Shown here: piece by piece, positions 13,001 through 28,965 of the stretch
How positions within the stretch are numbered: position 1 is the stretch's first letter
Layout of the letters: every line of letters begins with the position of its first letter
NCBI GenBank assembly: GCA_964016885.1
Contig: OZ024742.1
Span: 269,266,001 to 269,330,000, forward strand
Source: Eledone cirrhosa
Lineage: Eukaryota
Length of the DNA stretch: 64,000 bases
Direction: 5' to 3'
The notes under the pieces: generated by a model
Told to the model about the DNA's origin: nothing
Database searches by the model: none
What the model saw: only the letters and a program-made list of their open reading frames with translations
Made by a program: the position numbers and the translations under genes

Positions 13001-13650
13001 AACCGAATCTTGTCCTAGCCCGTCAGCATTCATCTCCTCAGTGGCCGTATCTCTGTTCCAGGTATTATTTATCTCAGTATTCAGATCATTGTCTGCTTCG
13101 GGTGGTTCCTCCGTTCTCAGGACCTCCTCACCTTCATTTCTCGCCGGCTCGCTTGTCTGGCATACTACACCCGCCATCTCCAAGCCATTCTCTCTGCTCA
13201 GTTCCTCCAGTTCCAGCTCGCTTATCCACCCATTAGTTCTTATTACCCGAGCCTGCCCGGCCAATTTTTGTTCATCTAATTTAAATAAACCAATCTCGTT
13301 CCAGATGTTATGCATCCGTCTCCTGTAGCCCCTCTCCTTGGGGTTACTTTTCAGGTAGCATTGCTTAACAGTTCTATTCAATTCTTTCGTCCAGTTGGTT
13401 CTGGCCCCTTTCCTTCTTCTTCTTCCTCCAACATCAGCAGTATTTGGTTGACAGTCAGGTTCCTGCTGCTGAGCCAGGGGGCACCTGTTGGGTGAGAGTC
13501 TGTCACATGACGTTCTAGTCTCCATTTCACCGTTATTCGAACTGTTTATGTTCGATATTTAAACACTCTTATCGAGGATTGGCGAATGTATGTTTACATA
13601 GCCATCTGTGGATCCGCCATCCCACTTGGCCCTTGTGTGGCATTATCACC
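10057..13650 (-). mobile_element. R4/Dong-like family B, apparently full-length copy
   Basis: Uninterrupted ORF, ~80-nt 3' UTR and TAA tail; 5' boundary approximate. Confidence 0.9.
10133..13525 (-). CDS. 1130-aa reverse transcriptase with C-terminal restriction-like endonuclease (R4/Dong clade)
   Basis: WKSPGPDG, NYRPITCL, WIDYRKAFD, GIFQGDSLSPLLF, LLCMDDLKLF, YKYLG, GGRGL, CxxC-H-C finger, RHD and RPD-(D/E)xK. Confidence 0.93.
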   Translation of the reverse strand: METRTSCDRLSPNRCPLAQQQEPDCQPNTADVGGRRRRKGARTNWTKELNRTVKQCYLKSNPKERGYRRRMHNIWNEIGLFKLDEQKLAGQARVIRTNGWISELELEELSRENGLEMAGVVCQTSEPARNEGEEVLRTEEPPEADNDLNTEINNTWNRDTATEEMNADGLGQDSVDILNLVVDELNNDSGRPMNLRFVDRKKLKETTAKVNKVIPYLEARSLHQCNNILKATANTVRKLLGIKARGNNRQERAEPWWKKRLSGQIGEMRNDIGKLESLLNGTLKNIGTKNRLEIKYKTRSKKLNIIIEELKQRIVAKSAKIRRYENRVSQYKQNRMFDNNQKMLFGQLEGKERGNDLIPGAEQAKTLWRGIWEQDVRHNAQAGWIETVQREIGEQAQQQTDLSITVETLKGQAKKLTKWKSPGPDGVQGYWIKHLTSLHPKLTAMFNDCLVSGEVPEWLTKGTTVLIMKDRIKGNDVTNYRPITCLPVMWKLLTSIVSEEIYHHLHTNNLLPDEQKGCRKKSRGTKDQLLIDKMVMGNCRRRHTDLAMGWIDYRKAFDMVPHSWITKSLEIFGVADNIRQLLDRSMGSWETELTSTGVSLGSVKIKRGIFQGDSLSPLLFVLALMPLTIMLRKVRAGYKLGRGELTINHLLCMDDLKLFGKSEKELDVLVDNVRIFSSDICMQFGIGKCGVIVMRRGRLSRSNGIQIPTGEMIKEIDSEEGYKYLGVLEADGIKNKKMKELLRTECTRRVRSVLKSHLNSRNAISAVNSRAVSIIRYSAGILRWNVAEQKEMDRKTRKILTIYNMFNKRSDVDRLYLRKSEGGRGLISIEDCVQMEKNNLYKYVTYSKEPMLRTVLKEGTVGQGISKEEITSRRKSSLKGKSLHGTFFEITEFRDPQTWNWLRRGDLKKATEGMLMAAQEQALKTKWLKHHIYKDEASPLCRICGEREETVAHIVSECKHLAQTHYKGWRHDVMGRVIHWHLCKVNNLPHSEKWYEHRPEAVMENSQVKVLWDFRIQTDKKLEHNRPDLVVVDKEKRSCLIVDVACPFDTRVQEKEREKINRYQDLKWEVKRIWNCHEVKVIPIVIGALGTISKGFQGWLKKIGPFTLFGTLQKACLLGTARTLRYVLNI

Positions 13651-13759
13651 ACGCTGTATACGAACACACATAAACAAACAAACACACGGGCAGAAAGGGC
13701 CCCAAAAATGAATAAGCATAAGTTTCATTGTAATGTAGTATTCGAATGTCTGACTTAGT

Positions 13760-14330
13760 TTTTGTTTTTTAAGTTTTACTTTTTCCCCCCTCTTCTCTGT
13801 CCGTCCGCTTGCTTCTCTCTTCATTCTTATTTTCTTTACGTTTTTGGGGTTTCTTTTTTTGTTTTTGTTTTTCTCTGTTTGTTTTTCTCGTTTTTTGCTG
13901 TTGTTGCTGTGCTGCTTTGGTTTTGTTGTTTGTTTTTTCTTTTTTCTTTTGAGTCTATCTATATATTTTGATGCCTTCCACTTTGTTAGTAGTAGGAATT
14001 CTATAATGTGGAAGTGGCAGCCAGCAGAGACTGGCGGCGTTGGCGATACTGAGACAGTGGTGGTGGTGATGTCGATACCGAGGCAGTGGTGGCGGTGATG
14101 CGACCGTATTACTGTAGTGATGGTGCTGTAGCGGTGGCAGCAGCAGTGAAGGGGTCAAGGGGTGGTGGCGGCGGTGATGGGATAGTGGTGGTAATGATGG
14201 CCGTAGTGAGCGGTGGCGGTGAAGGTGAAAATGCTGTTGTGTTTAGTGTACACAGATGATGGGGTGGGTGGTGTATCTAGTTTCTGGTGTTGGTGAGTTT
14301 AGCTGTCCTATATAGTGTAGCCAGAGGAGA
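13760..14330. repeat. Low-complexity T-rich, then GGT-rich sequence
   Basis: Degenerate simple repeats. Confidence 0.7.
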
Positions 14331-14588
14331 GGAGGGGTGGGTTCTTCTTCTTCCATTTATAGCCATTTTTTTTTTTGGATATACAGTGTACAATACAAAG
14401 TTGAATATTTGAATATTTGAGCCTTATAACAATATATTTTGGGTCCGAATTTTTTGGGGCTCAAGCCGGGTGCTTTACGTAGCATTTGTACTAAGAGTTG
14501 TTATTTCACAAATGATTTAAATATGTTAAAAATTCAAAACTTACGGGAGCGATTTCATGACCTCCGTCACCTCGTGCGTCTTCTTCCC

Positions 14589-14670
<82 letters not shown>
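14589..14670. repeat. (ATT)n microsatellite
   Basis: Read directly from the sequence. Confidence 0.95.
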
Positions 14671-14671
<1 letters not shown>

Positions 14672-14784
14672 TTTAAATTAAACTATAATTACACTCCTTA
14701 TTCCTTACATTAAATTGCAACTATGTTGACACTCTTTAAATAACGTCTTCCTTGTCAAATTTGTGGTCTTGTTTTGCCTACCTA

Positions 14785-14836
<52 letters not shown>

Positions 14837-15003
14837 GGATTAACAAATAATAGTTAAATGCAGTCCACTTAGGTGAAGTCCAGTTATGGTATTCCAGGTA
14901 GTGGATGATATTAACGCTTGGCTTGGTTTGACTCAACAAGGCGTTTTCATAGTGATGCTGCGGGTATGCTGTAATTCCTATGTTGTAAACACTTGGAGTA
15001 ATA

Positions 15004-15352
15004 ATAAATCAGGAAAGAAGGTTTACATGGTTTGCTATACAAATAAGTTTTTAATCACATAGCTTACATTTGTTTCACTGAACTGGTATGTCTAGAGATC
15101 GCTATCCGCCTAATTTTGCGTCACTCGATCGCCAATACAGAATTATAACCAGTCAGATCTTCGGAGCATGCGAGAAGCATTCTCGCATGCTCCGAAGATC
15201 TGACTGGTTATAATTCTGTATTGGCGATCGAGTGACGCAAAATTAGGCGGATAGCGATCTCTAGACATACCAGTTCAGTGAAACAAATGTAAGCTATGTG
15301 ATTAAAAACTTATTTGTATAGCAAACCATGTAAACCTTCTTTCCTGATTTAT
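15004..15352. repeat. Perfect palindrome, 173-bp arms with a 3-nt loop, inside a TA-flanked non-coding insert (14836-15352)
   Basis: 15004-15176 is the exact reverse complement of 15180-15352. Confidence 0.95.
15186..15298 (+). ncRNA. Type-I hammerhead-like motif with variant CCGAAGA core; mirror copy at 15058-15170 (-)
   Basis: catgct-CCGAAGA-tctgactggt..accagttcagt-GAAAC-aaat-GTA-agctatg. Confidence 0.55.
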
Positions 15353-15467
15353 ATATATATATATATACACATCCCACTCTCAAGAGGGTGTAACTAATAG
15401 ACTTTTATTTGTACTGCCTCTCTGTTTGCGTTCCCGTTCTAGTTTTAACTAACCCCCCCCCCCGCCC

Positions 15468-15498
<31 letters not shown>

Positions 15499-15499
15499 T

Positions 15500-17409
15500 A
15501 TATTTCGTTTCTGAATTTGTTTAGCACCAGTTGCTTTCATTTCAATTTATTATAAATTAAATTTAAAATTTTAGGAATTTATAAATTTCCGGTTGGTTGG
15601 TTGGTTCCACAACCAGACGATTGTTTATATATTGTCAAAGTTCTTTCGTCACACATTATGTGGCTTCTTCAGTGACTGAGATTCTTTTCTTTGTTTTTGT
15701 GCCTCTCCTTTGTTCTGTCCTACGCCATCTTGTGTTTGTACGTGTTGTGTGCTTAGTTTGCGCATATGTTACATCCGGATGTCTGTGTGTGTTTATATTT
15801 GTTTATTTATTTGTTTATTTACATGTTACTGGTTGGTTGTTTGTTCTATGCGTGTGTGTGTTTTCATTTTGTCCTTAATTGTAAGTTGTGATGTTGCTAT
15901 TCCATTCATGTTTTCTAGTTAATTTTGGTTGGAGTTCATTTATGTTTATTTGTTATTTGTCTAAACATTGCGTCTTTTCTGTGTGTAGATTCTATTTTTA
16001 TTTCTATGTTCTCTAATTTACCCTTATGTTCTATTTTAGCATGTTGGTAGAATACCGATGATTCTTTACTATCTTGAAGATCTTGCCAGTGTTCATTTAT
16101 CCGTTCTCCTATACTACGAGCTGTCTCACCTCTACATTGTCCTTCAGTACATCTTATGCTATATACTACATTTCTAGTGTTACAGTTAATATGGGGGCTT
16201 AGTTTACAGATTATACATTTCTATATCTATACAGGGAGGTCTTTGAAAAGGCTATGTATTGCTGATAAGTGTTTTTATGGAGGTACCTGGTCTTTCTACT
16301 ATCTTAATATTGAGTTTATGTTTATCTAGGACCCTTCTAAATGTGTAAGCTAATTAACCTCTAGGGGTTGTATTGATGAACGTTACACCCTGGTATTTAT
16401 TGCTATCATACCATGAGTTTATTCTATTAACCTTATTCCTAGTTCTTTCTATTCTATTCCAAAATTTGCTCCTATACAAGAGGTAGGTCACATTTGTATC
16501 ATTATTTACCATTTTTCCTATTTGGTTCTGGCTCCTCTATATACTATCATTTTATCTCTCTGATTGTAACCAGATAACTGCATACGGAGGATGAAGTGTT
16601 GTATGTGTATCTCTAGTTCTTTGGGGTTGCACATGCGGGACACGTTTCTCATCACCCGTACCAAATCCGCAATCAGTATGTTGATTTTGGTGTGGTTCGA
16701 AACAGCTGAGTTTCGGTGGATCAGATATTTGGAAGTCATGGGTTTGGCATAATGGGAATGGAGGATTTGTTTTTTGTTATTGATAATATCTAACCAGAGC
16801 TCTGTGTCTAGTACAGGTAATCGATGGTTGGAGGGTTTGCTTGGGTAGTCTACAGTAACTCTAATACTCTGGTGGATGGAGTTAGCTATTTGCTGGATGC
16901 TTTCCATGTTGTTTTTCTCTAATTCCTGACTGTTCTTTAGTGGGAGTGTTTTTACTACGATGTTTATATCATCAACGTAGCGGGAGTACATTAATAGGGT
17001 TAAGAGGTTGCTGTCTCCTAATTGTTGTTTAAGTTTAAGTCTATTTGTCCCACCATACCATGAATACTTTAGCTATGTCACCTGCAATGCTAACACTAAT
17101 GGCTGCTCCCTCCTCTTCGGCATATGTTTTTCCATTAAATTTGAACATATGTTCGTTAAGGGTTAATGTTATACTGGCACCCACCGCATGTGCAATAATT
17201 TTATTTAGTTCATCGTGGTTTTCGGGGGTACGTATGGCTCTGGTCCACCCGTTCCAATATATGAACAATCGTCTGGTTGTGGAACCAACCAACCAACCGG
17301 AAATTTATAAATTCCTAAATTTATAAATTTAATTTATAATAAATTGAAGTGAAAACTGGTGGTGCGTGTGTTTCTTATTGAAAACATGACCCTCCCAAAG
17401 TATAACAAT

Positions 17410-17410
<1 letters not shown>
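15500..17410 (-). mobile_element. Penelope-like element family C, 5'-truncated RT and GIY-YIG remnant with an inverted pLTR at 17255-17410
   Basis: SRYVDDI, DYPS..RLPVLD, HYAKPM, VVYSIRC..GETARS; 15524-15634 recurs inverted at 17255-17360. Confidence 0.88.
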
Positions 17411-17750
<340 letters not shown>

Positions 17751-17855
17751 TAAGTATTGAAGTTTCCGTTGAAAATTGAAAAAGTCATAGGAGTGAAGAG
17801 TGCTCTATGTAAGTACCAGAGCTAAATTTAATGTATAATAAACAATACAATATTA

Positions 17856-17929
17856 TTACCTCATTACCAGAGGTTTCCCGAATAAGACGAATACGAAAAA
17901 CGTTATCATTCGTTCATCGGACAAGGCAA
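17856..17929 (-). ncRNA. Type-I hammerhead motif (CCGAUGA core) in the PLE pLTR
   Basis: 9-bp stem I ttgccttgt/atgaggtaa with GU pairs; CCGATGA, stem II, GAAAC-ctctg-GTA. Confidence 0.65.
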
Positions 17930-20900
17930 TTTAAAAAATAGTGAAATATTTGAAAAGTCTCCTCAAGAAATGCAAGAGTTTAACGGGCAAAACAAATGAA
18001 GTAAGAGATATATAAAAATAAGGAAATATAGTTAAGGTATGTGTATAAATGTGTATATCTTCACTCACAAATGTACATATGTGTGTATGTACAAATGCAT
18101 GTGTATAGTGAAAATGTGTGTGTCCGTAAGTACGTATATGAGGGCAAGCATAATAGTGTATGTGTGACCAATACGTATATAATATGAGTTGAAAAATAAT
18201 GTACATACAGATTTAGGTATTAAATATATACACATACAAGTATGAAAGCACGCGTATAAACACACACGTGCGATCATTTATATGCGGAAGATAAAAAGGG
18301 AAGGGAGTGTATTAGTCAAAAAGAGTGTCATATCGATACATATAAAAATAAAACAATATATGAGAAAGAAAACAATTTTGTTTAAATCAAAGAGAAAGTA
18401 AGAGGGAGGGGTTATCAATTATAAATTAACACTAGAGAAAAAGAAAACGAAAAAGAAAACAAACACAGGTTCGCACGTACACACATATACATATAAAATA
18501 TATATATATATATGAATACGTACAGGAAAAAGCGCATGCAAACGTACATACATATACACGAAGCACACATATATATATACATATATCGACACACGTATAT
18601 CTAAGCACACATACGTACCCGACTATATAAATACATATATGCATACACACACATACATACACTTATATATACATATATATACACATACGTATACACATAC
18701 GTTCACCCACATAAACACATTTGTATAAATATAGATATAAAAACACACATGCTCACACATATAGACACACACACGTACACGTACGGACGCGCCTGCACAC
18801 TCACACGCATCGATACAAATTATAGACCAGCCGTATGAAAAAAAGATATACAAATATAAAAGCGGCTGCGAAAAAACAGGATATATCTGGAGTTGAAAAC
18901 GTAAGTGACATGTGATATCAGGTAGTGAAAGAAAATGGGGAAGTAAAGTGTGGAATGTGAAGATATTAGGTAAGTGAATCAGAAAGTAGGGAGGTGGTGG
19001 GGCACTGGTGGATGTAAAGTGAAAATAAAAGTAAAAATGAAAATAAAGTTAAAAAAGAAAGTAAATCAGAAAGAGAAGTCTGTAAAGATCATTATTTAAA
19101 GAAAGTGAAGAACAAGAGTTTATGGAGGATAAGTATCTGAAAGTGAGTTAAGTTTATATGAGCTGGAAAGCAAGTATGATTTCATGTGTGAGCAACTGAT
19201 GAACATTTCTGTTTTTGTACTTAGGCAGGTTTTTGGTGATTTAAGATTCTGTAAAATCCAATATGTTTCACTTATGCAGAGTGTGCATCTTCTTGTTCCT
19301 CTTTCATATTCTTTAGATTGGTTCAAAATTGACCAATCTAATTTATATTGGATACCTTGGTCTTTCAAATCCAATATTCTGCTAGCCAGAGCTATTGTAA
19401 ATCTTTTTTCTGAATATCGGAAAGATGCGACATGTGAGTAATAACGCGTTTTGAATTTGTCTTGTGTCATATCCACATATCGTTAGTTGGTGGCTGGTAG
19501 GTTGTTGCTGATGGTTGTCACTTTAGCCGCATATACAATGGCTTTCGTGTTGCATTTACCTTGTAATGGGCATTTACCTTGTAATGGGCATTCACTTTTG
19601 ATTCTACAGGAGCAATTTTGATGTTCTCTGGGTGTTTTCTTATTGATGATATAATATTTAATAGGGGGACCGCAGGAGTAGGTAATTTTGACACAGTTTC
19701 TATTGAAGATCTTATAGTATCTATGTGTTCTAGGGAAATGTTTGTCTAAGAGCTCTACATTAGTTTTAATTGCTAGAGAGTAGGGGGGGAGGGGGCAGAT
19801 TATTTTTCTTTTCCTATTATTATGTTTAAAGGAGTTAGTATTGTTGGGTATGTACTTAATCGGTTCGCTTAATCAGCTATTTTGAAGGGCTATATTATAG
19901 TAGGTGGGGTGCCTTATTGAAACTAGCTTCTGAGAAAGAGAGGGTGGAGATCCTACGGCTAATATTAGGGATAAGGCTTTTAAAAACTATAGGAGGATGG
20001 CAAGAGCCTTTATTTATATATTTTAAATTTGTATTAGGTTTATGGAACGGTTTATAAGAAGCAGTAGGCAGATCTATGTTTATATCTAGAAAATTAACAT
20101 TGGAAAGGTTAGTTCAATAGTAATTTTAAGATTAACACTAGCGAAGGTTTTTATTAAGTCTTTCCTTAATCTGTCTAAGTTATGGCCTATGGTGGTATGG
20201 GAAAGTATTAGACTATCGTCGCGATAAAGCCTAAAAATATGGTTAGGGAATTTTTTTTAAGTGTATGTAGGAGGAATAGGCCGACTAAATCACAAATATC
20301 AGCACTGTCAAAAGAACCCATTGAGACATCGAATGGGTTCTCTGGGTTAGATATTTTTACCCAAGTGTCATTATTAATAAAGAGTAGAGTGTTTCTATCA
20401 TGAAGATAACATTCTCTTCAATATCAGAAATATTGGTAAACTTTCTAGCGAAATTTAAGGCTTTCGCTAAAAAGGCTGAGTAATAGACGGGTAGAAATCA
20501 ACAATGTCAAATTGGGTGAATCTAGAACTATTTTTATCTTTAATATTATTAAACCAATGTACTACGGAAGAGCTATTTATCCATTGGAGTAATTCGGACT
20601 TACTTCTAATCTGTGTGTTTATATTATTTAAATTTGTTTTGCTAGCAAGACCGATATCAGTCTTAGCAGGGTTGATTAATGTACAACTAGGACGATTAAT
20701 AAAGTCAAGTTTGTGATCTTTGAGGGTGATAAAGGCATTACGTTTAGCAGGTTTTTCTGTCCTATTATCTATGTTTAAAGAACTAGCTAATTCTTTAGCT
20801 TCCTTATTTATATTATTATACGTGTTTATATTAGCTATTTGGTATTTAGAGGTGATGTTATCTATTAAGAGTTGGTCATGTAAATTATTATTAACTTCGT

Positions 20901-21580
20901 ATAAGTATTTAGTTTTGTCGGAGAAAATGAACTTATTTTTAGAAGATTTGAATATTGAAATATCATTAGATAGTTTAGATTGAAAAGGGTTAGAGTACAT
21001 ACGAAATTTGATATTGTTGATTAAATTAACTAAGTCTAGTTCCAAAGCGGTCATATCTTTTGCTCTTTGCGGCTATTTATGAATTTGATATCAAAATGTT
21101 CCGTAGAGTCCGTGTTAAAGTGTCCGTCGAGAATCAAAGCTTTCCATCTCATTATTTTAACAACTTTCTCTACTTTGTCTATCAGCATTTTCGTGTAGGA
21201 AGTGTTAGAAGGTGTTGGGATATTCTTGATAGAGTAATCAATAAGGATATTTATCCATGTTCAGTATTGGTTTAAATTCCTATTGACTGAAGAGTGCTCG
21301 ACTTTAAAAGGGCTGGAAGGGGCCAATCTCATAAAAATGTAGAATATGCTACGATCATTCCCTTGGGTGCTGTGTAAGTATTGAAGTTTCCGTTGAAAAT
21401 TGAAAAAGTCATAGGAGTGAAGAGTGCTCTATGTGAGTACCAGAGGTAAATTTAATGTATAATAAACAATACAATATAATAAACAATACAATATTATATA
21501 TCTCTTGCTTTATTTTATTTTGCCCGTTAAACTCTTGCCTTTCTTGATGGGATTTTTCAAATATTTCACTATGTTTTAAA

Positions 21581-21654
21581 TTGCCTTGTCCGATGAACGA
21601 ATGAGGACGTTTTTCTTATTCGTCTTATTCAGGAAACCTCTGGTAATGAGGTAA
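21581..21654 (+). ncRNA. Inverted copy of the same CCGAUGA hammerhead
   Basis: ttgccttgt-CCGATGA..GAAAC-ctctg-GTA-atgaggtaa. Confidence 0.62.
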
Positions 21655-21677
21655 TTATATTGTATTGTTTATTAAAC

Positions 21678-21680
<3 letters not shown>

Positions 21681-21760
<80 letters not shown>
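21681..21760. repeat. (TA)n microsatellite
   Basis: Read directly from the sequence. Confidence 0.95.
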
Positions 21761-21766
<6 letters not shown>

Positions 21767-21797
21767 AGATCAAAAGATGGTTAAAGGAGTTCAATAT

Positions 21798-21865
21798 ATT
21801 TTATTATACGCATTTCAAAAACAAACATCATCAAACAATAATATTTGTGTTTTCATCAGATAAAA
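21798..21865 (-). ncRNA. Minimal type-I hammerhead
   Basis: ttttat-CTGATGA-stem II-GAAA-tgcgta-TA-ataaaa. Confidence 0.7.
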
Positions 21866-22555
21866 CAGGAGAACATGATATGAAGGCTAAAAAAACACTT
21901 GTTGATAGTGCAGTTTTAAATCAACATATGAAAAGTGGTTTTAGATTGATGTGTGATATTGGGAAAAATATTTTATTTAGAGAGGGGGGGGGGAGAGAAA
22001 AGGATGAAAAGGGAAGGAGATGAGAGGGAGAGATGGGTGATAGAGAGAAAGAGATAGTTTTTATAACTGAGAGGAGATATATTTTATATAGAGGGGTTGA
22101 AAACCGTTGGAAGATACTGTATAAATTAAAAATTTTGAAAATTAACGAAGGGAGGATATGTGCGAGGAAAAAATATATTATATTTAGCGAGGGGGGGGGG
22201 TTGGAAAGGATGAAAAAAAGGGGAGGAGATGAGAGTGAAGGTGGAAAGGGAGAGATGGGTGATAGAGAGAAAGAGATAGTTTTTATAACTGAGAAAAAGA
22301 TATAATGTTTTAATATAGAGAGGTTGGGAACCGTTGGAAGATAATGTATAAATTAAAGGAATTTGAAAATTAACGAAGGGAAATTATGTATGAAGATAGA
22401 GAGAAAAAAATAATAATTGTGGGTGAATATTCTAACGTCAAAAGAAGAAATGTAGGAATTTTAAAATTAGCAAAGAGAAAAAGTTTATGTGTAGAAGGAT
22501 TTGAGAAAAATAATGTGAAGTTAAAGTTTGTATATTGAATTGATATGTATTAATA

Positions 22556-22739
22556 ATTGTTTCTACTTTAGGCACAAGGCCAGCAACTACCCAGTGCCTC
22601 ACTGGTACTTTATTTTATCGACCCCGTAAGGATGAAAGGCAAAGTCAACCTCGGCGGGATTTGAACTCAGATCGTAAAGGGACGTAACTATGCTAGAAAG
22701 CATGGCGTCCGACTCTCTACCGATACTACCAATCCACCG
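22556..22739 (-). mobile_element. tRNA-derived SINE family 1, full copy
   Basis: A-box-like TGGTAGTATCGG, B-box GAGTTCAAATCCC, core gcctttcatccttacggggtcgataaaat, ATT tail. Confidence 0.88.
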
Positions 22740-23648
22740 ATTAATAATGAGTTCGTTGATGGGGAGAAAAAAATAATAATAAATTAAGGATGAAATTGAG
22801 ATTAAAAAGATTTATGATAGAGAGAAAAAATAATAATGATTGCGGATGAATACTCAAAATGTCAAAAACAAATGTTATTGTTTTACGAGGAGATAGAATG
22901 AGGGTAATGAGTAAACGAGTATTATAGAGTGTATAATGCCCTTTAAAGTAAGGTAGATGGGTATATTTTAAAGAATATATGAGTATATATTAAAAAAAAT
23001 ATATAATAATAAATTAAGGATGAAATTGAGATTAAAAAGATTTATGATAGAGAGAAAAAATAATAATGATTGCGGATGAATATTCAAAATGTCAAAAACA
23101 AATGTTATTGTTTTACGAGAAGATAGAATGAGGGTAATGAGTAAACGAGTATTATAGAGTGTATAATGCCCTTTAAAGTAAGGTAGATGGGTATATTTTA
23201 AAGAGGTGTATGTATATGTGCCTTTGAGAAAAGATTCTAAATTGATAAAGAATTGAATATTAACTGTATACTTTGTGAAAAGTTCTATGGAATTTATGCA
23301 GGCAGATAGAAAACAAATCCGAGCGTCTATTTATTATGGATTCTAGGTTAGAGATAATGGTAAATTTTTCATTTAGGCAGAGATTACAGATTTTAGATAG
23401 AGAGCTGTTCAAGTACGAGGATGCAGAAGAAATCTTTTTCCAAAAGATGTTATATTTAATGTTTTTGTCTTTTAAGGACCATATGAGTTCCATCTTTTGA
23501 TCTTATATTATGCATACTCCAGTCCCACAAACTGTAGAGTGCTTCTTATCCGATATCTGCATTGCTTTATTGTACTACAATAAAACTCACCTCCTACATA
23601 TATATATATATATATATAGGTATGTACATGTGTGTATGTGTGTATGTG

Positions 23649-23703
<55 letters not shown>

Positions 23704-23705
<2 letters not shown>

Positions 23706-24033
23706 AGGCACATGGCTTAGTGGTTAGAGCATTGGCCTTGCAATTGAAAGTTTGTGAGTTCAATACTCAGACCGCGTGATGTGTTGTTTCCTTGAGCAAG
23801 GCACTTTATTTCACATTTCTCTAGTTTACTCAGCTGTAGAAATGAGATGATAGGGACTGCAAAGTGGTCGTGGAGGTGCCACGGCAAAAACACACCCACC
23901 ACTCACTGTAAATGATGTTGGTGTTAGGAAGGGCATCCAGCTGTAGAAATCAAGACAGAATCAGTTCCCGTTCCACCCTTGCAAGCAGGGGAAAAGTGGA
24001 CGTAAAATGAAATGATGATGATGATGATGATGA
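23704..24033 (+). mobile_element. tRNA-derived SINE family 2 with a (TGA)n tail
   Basis: TGGCTTAGTGG A box, GAGTTCAAT B box, CORE-like ccttgagcaaggcacttta, gatgatgat tail. Confidence 0.82.
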
Positions 24034-24039
24034 TATAGA

Positions 24040-28195
<4,156 letters not shown>

Positions 28196-28399
28196 ACATA
28201 GGTGGTATTTTAAATAAACATGTTTAAACGGTTTGTCCTCCTTTATTTACTTCTCCACTCTGCTAATTCTCGCGCTCACTAGATATTAACACTTCTAATA
28301 TTTAACATTGCCGGCACTAGTATTGAGGACCCTCTGCATACGCTATTGGCACATAACCACATATATCGCCTGTCCCTCCTTCTCTCTCTCGAAACGTAA

Positions 28400-28402
28400 A
28401 TA

Positions 28403-28477
<75 letters not shown>

Positions 28478-28569
28478 TATATATATATGTATACATATAT
28501 GTGTATGTATGTATGTGTGTGTGTATGTGTGTATACGTGCATATATATATATATATATACATACATATT

Positions 28570-28606
<37 letters not shown>

Positions 28607-28671
28607 GATGTATACACACATACACACACATATACATACACATATATGTATACATACACACACACACGCAC

Positions 28672-28729
<58 letters not shown>

Positions 28730-28730
28730 A

Positions 28731-28795
<65 letters not shown>
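28400..28795. repeat. (CT)n/(TA)n/(CA)n compound microsatellite
   Basis: Read directly from the sequence. Confidence 0.9.
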
Positions 28796-28800
<5 letters not shown>

Positions 28801-28929
28801 GTGAGGTATTTTTACAAAATGAAAAATAACCAAGATGTCCTACACGAGTGAAAGTATGAAGAAAAGAAGATGAAATCGAAAATGCAACTGGAATCTTATT
28901 TAAAAAATATATACATATTTATTTGGTTC

Positions 28930-28965
28930 CTTTACAGGTTTCGCAGTTCTTCTGCCTTTCAAAAG
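28930..28965 (-). ncRNA. Variant hammerhead-like motif (TTGAAAG core); related copy near 24116-24150
   Basis: ctt-TTGAAAG-gcag-aagaa-ctgc-GAAAC-ct-GTA-aag. Confidence 0.4.

Larger units (their letters stand above)
17751..21680 (-). mobile_element. Full-span decayed Penelope-like element (Hydra-clade-like) with direct and inverted pLTR parts
   Basis: ORF remnant ~19120-21280: YSIKNIP..MRWKA, FDIVDFYPSI, SMGSFD, LYRDD, CSC..CPLQGKC, CTLCISE; 17751-17855 repeated at 21376-21495; 17830-18012 inverted at 21496-21680; TA flanks. Confidence 0.88.
21765..23500 (-). mobile_element. 3' fragment of a second Hydra-like PLE: endonuclease C-terminus and long 3' UTR with ~220-230-bp internal duplications
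   Basis: IWSLKDKNIKYNIFW..CNLCLNEK..NRRSD at 23260-23493; hammerhead at the 3' end; terminus recurs at 40266-40540. Confidence 0.8.

Noticed and set aside
6802-13495. Plus-strand ORFs overlapping the Dong elements
   Set aside because: Antisense shadows of the minus-strand coding frame.
13590-13705. Possible HDV-like ribozyme at the 5' end of Dong family B (GGCCCUU/AAGGGCC pairing)
   Set aside because: No L3, P1.1 or J4/2 consensus found, and the 5' arm may lie outside the element.
22660-22739. tRNA-like A and B boxes
   Set aside because: These are SINE heads, not cloverleaf tRNA genes.
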